DNA from: an uncultured bacterium
Lineage (GTDB): Bacteria; Omnitrophota; Omnitrophia; Omnitrophales; Aquincolibacteriaceae
Assembly: GCA_964434115.1 (NCBI GenBank)
Contig: CAYSSX010000002.1
Location: 201,680 to 265,679 of the forward strand
Length of the DNA stretch: 64,000 nucleotides
Reading direction: 5' to 3'
The notes under the pieces were generated by a model. The model ran no database searches and was not told where the DNA came from. It saw only the letters and a list, made by a program, of their open reading frames with translations. Each line of letters begins with the position of its first letter. Positions within the stretch are counted from its first letter, which is position 1. The position numbers and the translations under genes are program-made. This document shows, piece after piece, positions 58,948-64,000 of the stretch.

Positions 58948-59283
58948 TGCCGGATCTCCCAAAAGCCTATGAAAAAGGCTGACTAAAACGTAGCTGATCT
59001 TTCCCAATACCTCAAATAAACCTGAAACCCTTGAAATGCCAAGGCCCGAAAAGATGCAGGGTGCGCCATTATGCTAGTTTTAAAAAAGTCCTTGGATGCG
59101 CTCCTGAGGGAAATGAAGGCTCTTTTGCCCCCTAAGGGAGCCTTCATTCAAAGCCTTTATGATTCTCTATTTCAGCTCCCGGCCTAAAATGTCGATGCAA
59201 AAGGACGCCCGGAATCCCCCTGATGATGTCTGGGAAGTCCGTAAGCCGCTATTTTAACCCAATGCCTATTAAAAGGATCACGT

Positions 59284-60600
59284 ATGTTTTCTCTGAAAGA
59301 TAAATTGAACCCCGGGCACGGGGATGATGAGTCCAGCTGGAGCGTTATTTTGATTCTCCCGTCACTTGCCGCAAAGGATGCGATTGCAAAGATTTTAACC
59401 GATGCTTTTCGGGTCACGGAAGATTTTGCCGGGCAGCTTCTGATGAGTACCCCGGTAATTTTGCTCGACGGGCTTTCCCAGGAGGAAGCTGCGCGGGTGC
59501 GGGATTATTTTCAGGAGGCCGGCGCAGAAGCCTGCACTTCTCAAAACCGTGAAGTCAAAAAAATCTGCTACCGTGTGAAATGGCGGAGCCAGCCGGATCT
59601 TTCATTCCTTGGCGGCTTCACGGCATCCCCTAAAGGTTCAGGAGATGCCAAGGGCATTTCTGACCGGACCGCTGCTGAAAAGGATGCGAAGCTTCGGCAG
59701 CTTGAATCAGAACGTCAGCTGGAAAAACGAATTGCGGATGAAAAAGTAAATCAAATCATGCGCGAGATGGAAGACTGGAAAAGTAAGGGGACAGCGCTTC
59801 GCCGGGATGTCCAAGTCCTTACTGAAGCACGTGATCAGCTGCAGAGATCTCTGCTTGATGCTCAAAAAGCCCTTGAAACCCTTCAGCGGGGCGGAACCGT
59901 TAAGCCTGCCGCGACACTTTCTTCTCTTCCGGAATCAGTGCTGCAGGCCAAGCCAGGGGAAGGCGGAACCGAGGTTCTGAAGCTCCGTCAGGAAATGCAG
60001 GATTTAGTGCGCACCAAGGATCACCTTGAAAGCTCCCTTGCAGCCGCCAAAGCGGAACTAGAGGCATTGGAAAAAAAGAACCGTACTTTTGCCGTGGAGC
60101 GCGAGAAGCTTGAGCATGCTGCTATGACAGCGCATGACGGCAAAAGAAATGCCGTTGAAGCCGCAGAGGAGTTAAAGCAGCAAATTAAAGCCATGTCTGC
60201 CGAGGTAGAGGCTCTGGAAGAAGCTAGGGATAGTTTCGAAAAAGCTCTGGCGCAGAGTCAGAGCGGGCTGGAATGGACGCGAAAAATGACCCTCGTGCTT
60301 GAGACCGATCGAGGCGGGTTAGAGCGGTCACTGATTGAGGTTCGGTCCCTTTATGCGGCACTTTTAAAAGATGCGGAATCCTGGAAGGAACGGGCCGGTA
60401 CCCTTTCTCACGAGACCTCTCTTGCGGCCTTAGAAAGCACTTTGGCTGGGGGCAGCGGTGCGGCTCCAGAACTTTTAAAGGCGCTTAAAGAAGCGCGGGA
60501 ACAATACCAGCGTCTTGAAAACGAGTGCCGGCTGGTGCGCGATTTTTTCGAGAAAAAGTTTGAAGCGATCCGCAACGCTTCAGGATCCTCCCCGCAGTAA
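59284..60600 (+). CDS. coiled-coil protein with N-terminal ribosomal L7/L12 C-terminal-domain-like module (438 aa)
   Basis: Residues ~20-85 align by eye to the L7/L12 CTD (VIL...AIAKIL...SQEEAARVRDYFQEAGAEA vs VIL...AVIKAV...SKDDAEALKKALEEAGAEV); remaining ~330 aa is a heptad-rich Glu/Lys/Arg/Leu/Ala coiled coil. Confidence 0.6.
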   Translation: MFSLKDKLNPGHGDDESSWSVILILPSLAAKDAIAKILTDAFRVTEDFAGQLLMSTPVILLDGLSQEEAARVRDYFQEAGAEACTSQNREVKKICYRVKWRSQPDLSFLGGFTASPKGSGDAKGISDRTAAEKDAKLRQLESERQLEKRIADEKVNQIMREMEDWKSKGTALRRDVQVLTEARDQLQRSLLDAQKALETLQRGGTVKPAATLSSLPESVLQAKPGEGGTEVLKLRQEMQDLVRTKDHLESSLAAAKAELEALEKKNRTFAVEREKLEHAAMTAHDGKRNAVEAAEELKQQIKAMSAEVEALEEARDSFEKALAQSQSGLEWTRKMTLVLETDRGGLERSLIEVRSLYAALLKDAESWKERAGTLSHETSLAALESTLAGGSGAAPELLKALKEAREQYQRLENECRLVRDFFEKKFEAIRNASGSSPQ

Positions 60601-60608
60601 GGACCGGC

Positions 60609-60959
60609 ATGTCGAAACTCACGATATACGAAAAACCTACCTGTACAACCTGCCGCCAGGTTCATAAGATGATTGTCGACAGCGGCGTCGACTTTAAAAC
60701 CGTGAATTATTATCTGGAGCCCGTTTCTAAAGCGAAATTGCGAGAGCTTCTTAAAAAAATGGGCATGAGCGCTCAAGCGCTTCTCAGGACCCGAGAAGAC
60801 ATATACAAGACGCTTAAACTTTCGGAGAAGGAACTGACCGAGGAAGAAACCATCGACCTGATGGTTCGATATCCTGATTTGATTCAGCGTCCGATTGCGG
60901 AGAAGGGCACCCGCGCGATTTTGGCAAGACCCGCGGAACGCATCAAAGAAATCCTTTAA
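60609..60959 (+). CDS. ArsC/Spx-family thioredoxin-fold protein (CxxC)
   Basis: N-terminal TIYEKPTCTTCRQV CxxC and overall resemblance to Spx/YffB; 8 nt after the coiled-coil gene, 14 nt before nadC. Confidence 0.7.
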   Translation: MSKLTIYEKPTCTTCRQVHKMIVDSGVDFKTVNYYLEPVSKAKLRELLKKMGMSAQALLRTREDIYKTLKLSEKELTEEETIDLMVRYPDLIQRPIAEKGTRAILARPAERIKEIL

Positions 60960-60973
60960 CTCAAAAGAGCCGT

Positions 60974-61837
60974 ATGACCTTTCGAAAAAAAACCCCTTTT
61001 GCGGTGGTAAAAAAATTCACTCCCTCCCCGGAGACTCGTCGTTTTATAAGGGCCGCGCTCGCAGAAGACCTTGGCACTGGAGATAGAACCACAGATCTTT
61101 TAATTTCTCCGTCTGCGAAAGGGCGGGCAGAAATTATTGCGCGGAACGGCGGAATCTTTTCGGGTGCGCCGGTAGTCGAAGAAGTCTTTGAAGCCGCTGG
61201 AAATAAAATCAGTCTTGAGTTTCCGGTGGGCGAAGGTCAGCCCTTCAAAAAGGGAGCGGTGGTGGCCCGGCTTAAAGGCTCTGTCCATACGATTTTAAAG
61301 GGTGAGCGGACGGCCTTGAATTTTTTAGCGCGTTTGTCAGCGGTTGCGGCTCAGACCCGCCGTTATGTAGAGGCTGTTAAGGGATACCCGGTTTTAATTC
61401 TGGATACGCGCAAAACCACGCCGCTTTGGCGGGAATTGGAAAAGTATGCGGTGCGCTGCGGCGGAGGCAAGAATCACCGCATGGGGCTTTATGACGCTGT
61501 ATTTATAAAAGAAAATCACCGGCCCTATGGAGACCTTACCAAACTGAAGTCGGTACGGGGGCGTTTTGAGATAGAAGTCCGAAATCAGGCTGAGCTCAAA
61601 CAAGCCTTGAAGTATCAGCCGCGCGTTATTTTGTTTGATAATTTCACGCCGTCGCGTTTGAATCAGGCCGTGCATTACTGCCGCCGGGTCAGTCCCGAGA
61701 CCACTCTTGAGGCCTCAGGCGGGATTACCCTCGAAAATGTGGCCCATTATGCGGCCATGGGTGTTGATTGGATTTCGATCGGCGCCCTGACTCATTCCGT
61801 CAAGTCCCAAGACTTCTCGCTTCTCCTTAAAAAATAA
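60974..61837 (+). CDS. nadC: nicotinate-nucleotide pyrophosphorylase (quinolinate phosphoribosyltransferase)
   Basis: ILDTRKTTPLWRELEKYAVRCGGGKNHRMGLYDAVFIKENH core. Confidence 0.9.
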   Translation: MTFRKKTPFAVVKKFTPSPETRRFIRAALAEDLGTGDRTTDLLISPSAKGRAEIIARNGGIFSGAPVVEEVFEAAGNKISLEFPVGEGQPFKKGAVVARLKGSVHTILKGERTALNFLARLSAVAAQTRRYVEAVKGYPVLILDTRKTTPLWRELEKYAVRCGGGKNHRMGLYDAVFIKENHRPYGDLTKLKSVRGRFEIEVRNQAELKQALKYQPRVILFDNFTPSRLNQAVHYCRRVSPETTLEASGGITLENVAHYAAMGVDWISIGALTHSVKSQDFSLLLKK

Positions 61838-61900
61838 ATTTTCCCGCGCTCGAAAAAAATCCCCCGTCAGTTTAGAATACAATCTTCAACGGGAGTCAGC

Positions 61901-63922
61901 ATGCCTCTATTTAAGCTTATATCCGATATGAAGCCTAAAGGCGACCAGCCTCAGGCGATCCAGAAAATTCTGGAGGCGTTTCAAGCCGGGAAAAAAGAAC
62001 AGGTGCTGATTGGTGTCACCGGTTCCGGGAAAACCTTTACCATGGCAAATGTCATTGCCGGATTAGGGAAACCTGTTCTTGTGATGTCGCATAACAAGAC
62101 ACTTGCGGCACAGCTTTATTCGGAGCTCAAGGAACTCTTTCCTGACAACGCGGTGGAGTATTTTGTTTCTTATTACGATTACTACCAGCCGGAAGCGTAT
62201 ATTGCCAAGTCAGATACCTATATTGAAAAAGATGCGTCGATCAATGACGATTTGGATCGCCTGCGTTTGGCCGCGACGAGCTCCGTTCTTTCAAGGCGCG
62301 ATACGATTATTGTTTCAAGCGTTTCCTGCATTTATGGCCTTGGCGCTCCCGAAGATTGGCAGGGGATGCTCATTCAGCTGGAAAAGGGAAAGGCTTTTGA
62401 ACGGGAAACGCTAATTTCGGAGTTAGTGAAAATCCAATATCAGCGTGTTGAAACGGAGTTAACCCGGGGAACTTTCCGGGTGCGCGGCAACCGGGTTGAT
62501 TTTTTTCCTTCTTATGGGGAAACGCCGCTGAGAATTGAATTAGAAGAAGACCATGTTTCAGGGCTTTATGTTCTTGACCGTGCAAAGCTTTTACCTTCCC
62601 TTGAGCTTGACCGGCTGGCCGTTTATCCGGCCAAACATTTCGTGACAACCTCGGATAAGCTTGAAACCGCGATTCAGTCCATCCAGGAAGAGCTGGTGGT
62701 TCGCGTGCGTGAGTTGATTGGCCAGGGCAAAGACCTTGAAGCGAAGAGAATTGAATCGCGGACGAGGTATGACCTCGAGATGCTCCGCGAAGTCGGCTAC
62801 TGCTCTGGTGTTGAAAATTATTCCCGCCACTTAACGGGCCGGGCACCGGGGTCAACGCCCTATACGCTTTTAGACTATTTCCCCAAAGACTTCTTAACAA
62901 TCATCGATGAGTGTCATCAAAGTATTCCGCAGATCCGGGGGATGCATCAAGGCGATGCGTCCCGCAAAAAAGTTCTTGTGGAATATGGCTTTCGCCTGCC
63001 TTCCGCGCTGGATAACCGGCCCCTTCGTTTTGAGGAATTTGAAAAAAAAGTTGGGCAGGTGCTTTTTGTTTCAGCTACACCTTCCGAATATGAGTTGAAA
63101 AGAGCGGATCAAAGCGTTGAACAGATTATTCGTCCCACGGGGCTTTTGGATCCCGAGATCGAAGTGCGCTCAACAAAGGGGCAAATCGATGATTTAATTT
63201 CGGAGATCAAAAAGCGTATCAAGGACAAGGAGCGTGTGCTCATAACCACGCTGACAAAAAAAATGTCAGAAGACCTTAGCCGTTATTTGAAAGACGTTGG
63301 CATCGCCGTTCATTACCTGCATTCGGAGTTTGATGCTTTTGAACGGGTGGAGATCCTGCGGGATCTTCGTCTTAAAAAATACGACTGTGTGATTGGCGTT
63401 AATCTTCTCCGCGAAGGACTTGATCTTCCGGAGGTGTCTCTGGTGATTGTTTTGGATGCGGACAAGGAAGGCTTTTTGCGCAGTGAGGTGTCGCTTATTC
63501 AGATCGCGGGCCGTGCGGCCCGTCACCTGAATGGGAAAGTCATCATGTATGCGGACCGCATTACCGACTCCATGCGCAAGGCGATGGACGAGACCTTAAG
63601 GCGCCGCAAGCTGCAATCCGAGTATAATGAGCGCAACGGCATTAAACCCGCCTCTGTACAGAAAGCTATCCGGGAGGGAATTGAAAAGTGGAAGGCTGCT
63701 GAGGAGCTTGTTGCCGAGGTTGTCGGGGAAGAGCAAAAGTCTTATGAAATAAAGACTTACCTCGCTTATCTCAAAAAACGGATGGAGGCCGCTGCCCGGG
63801 CTTTGGAGTTTGACAAGGCAGCCCGTTACAGGGACGAGATCCGGCGGGTAGAAGAAAAGGAAGGGGCGGGGGAAAGCGTACTTTCGAGTCCGGTGCGTGT
63901 GAAACCCTTGAAAAAACAATGA
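61901..63922 (+). CDS. uvrB: excinuclease ABC subunit B
   Basis: FKLISDMKPKGDQPQAIQKL, Walker A GVTGSGKT, YYDYYQPEAY beta-hairpin, C-terminal UVR domain. Confidence 0.95.
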   Translation: MPLFKLISDMKPKGDQPQAIQKILEAFQAGKKEQVLIGVTGSGKTFTMANVIAGLGKPVLVMSHNKTLAAQLYSELKELFPDNAVEYFVSYYDYYQPEAYIAKSDTYIEKDASINDDLDRLRLAATSSVLSRRDTIIVSSVSCIYGLGAPEDWQGMLIQLEKGKAFERETLISELVKIQYQRVETELTRGTFRVRGNRVDFFPSYGETPLRIELEEDHVSGLYVLDRAKLLPSLELDRLAVYPAKHFVTTSDKLETAIQSIQEELVVRVRELIGQGKDLEAKRIESRTRYDLEMLREVGYCSGVENYSRHLTGRAPGSTPYTLLDYFPKDFLTIIDECHQSIPQIRGMHQGDASRKKVLVEYGFRLPSALDNRPLRFEEFEKKVGQVLFVSATPSEYELKRADQSVEQIIRPTGLLDPEIEVRSTKGQIDDLISEIKKRIKDKERVLITTLTKKMSEDLSRYLKDVGIAVHYLHSEFDAFERVEILRDLRLKKYDCVIGVNLLREGLDLPEVSLVIVLDADKEGFLRSEVSLIQIAGRAARHLNGKVIMYADRITDSMRKAMDETLRRRKLQSEYNERNGIKPASVQKAIREGIEKWKAAEELVAEVVGEEQKSYEIKTYLAYLKKRMEAAARALEFDKAARYRDEIRRVEEKEGAGESVLSSPVRVKPLKKQ

Positions 63923-63940
63923 AAAACCCTGATTCCACTA

Positions 63941-63970
63941 TTGACACTGATCTGCTGCCGCCCCTATAAT
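63941..63970 (+). promoter_or_regulatory. near-consensus sigma70-type promoter (TTGACA-18-TATAAT) for a gene beyond the window end
   Basis: ttgacaCTGATCTGCTGCCGCCCCtataat read directly, 19 nt after the uvrB stop. Confidence 0.5.
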
Positions 63971-64000
63971 TTCGCCAACCTCGACCTTCAGGAGACCCTA

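Noticed and set aside
1-64000. Search for CRISPR arrays, insertion sequences, integrases or phage genes
   Set aside because: No direct-repeat/spacer periodicity, transposase, integrase or phage structural motifs were seen. The window is core chromosome.

Overview
This is a contiguous 64-kb chromosomal segment from a diderm (Gram-negative-type) bacterium with roughly 50% GC. It is densely packed with about 66 protein-coding genes and one tRNA, nearly all on the + strand. I could not run homology searches, so every product call rests on motif recognition by eye and on conserved gene order.

Gene content, in order:
- The tail of the spc/alpha ribosomal cluster: rplR (partial), rpsE, rplO, secY, adk, map, infA, rpmJ, rpsM, rpsK, rpsD, rpoA, rplQ.
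- An aminotransferase and a short Mfd-like helicase.
- A surA-like gene with pdxA and ksgA, then gatCAB, tsaD, hisG, a tiny bS22-like ORF, ispE, tRNA-Gln and clpX.
- Two ABC permeases, then glmU, prs, ctc/rplY and pth, followed by rpsF, ssb, rpsR, rplI and dnaB.
- An outer-membrane and lipid A block: bamA, skp, an lpxC–fabZ fusion, lpxA and lpxI. A sigma-54 activator and glnA are embedded in it. Opposite-strand lpxB with a Gfo/Idh/MocA oxidoreductase and a divergent msbA-like exporter complete the block.
- An aspartate-family amino-acid block: hom, thrC, an archaeal-type phosphoglycerate-mutase-like gene (proposed homoserine kinase), lysC and cimA.
- valS, a NUDIX hydrolase, ahpC–ahpD, an unknown 219-aa protein, dapL on the minus strand, and an L,D-transpeptidase.
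- A PilZ protein placed divergently to a coiled-coil protein with a ribosomal L7/L12 C-terminal-domain-like head, then an Spx/ArsC-like protein, nadC and uvrB.

No CRISPR array, insertion sequence or prophage signature was seen. The main oddities are the L7/L12-like coiled-coil protein, the truncated Mfd, ribosomal protein extensions, the lpxC–fabZ fusion with a GnnA-like oxidoreductase, the homoserine-kinase substitute, and several uncharacterised small exported proteins.
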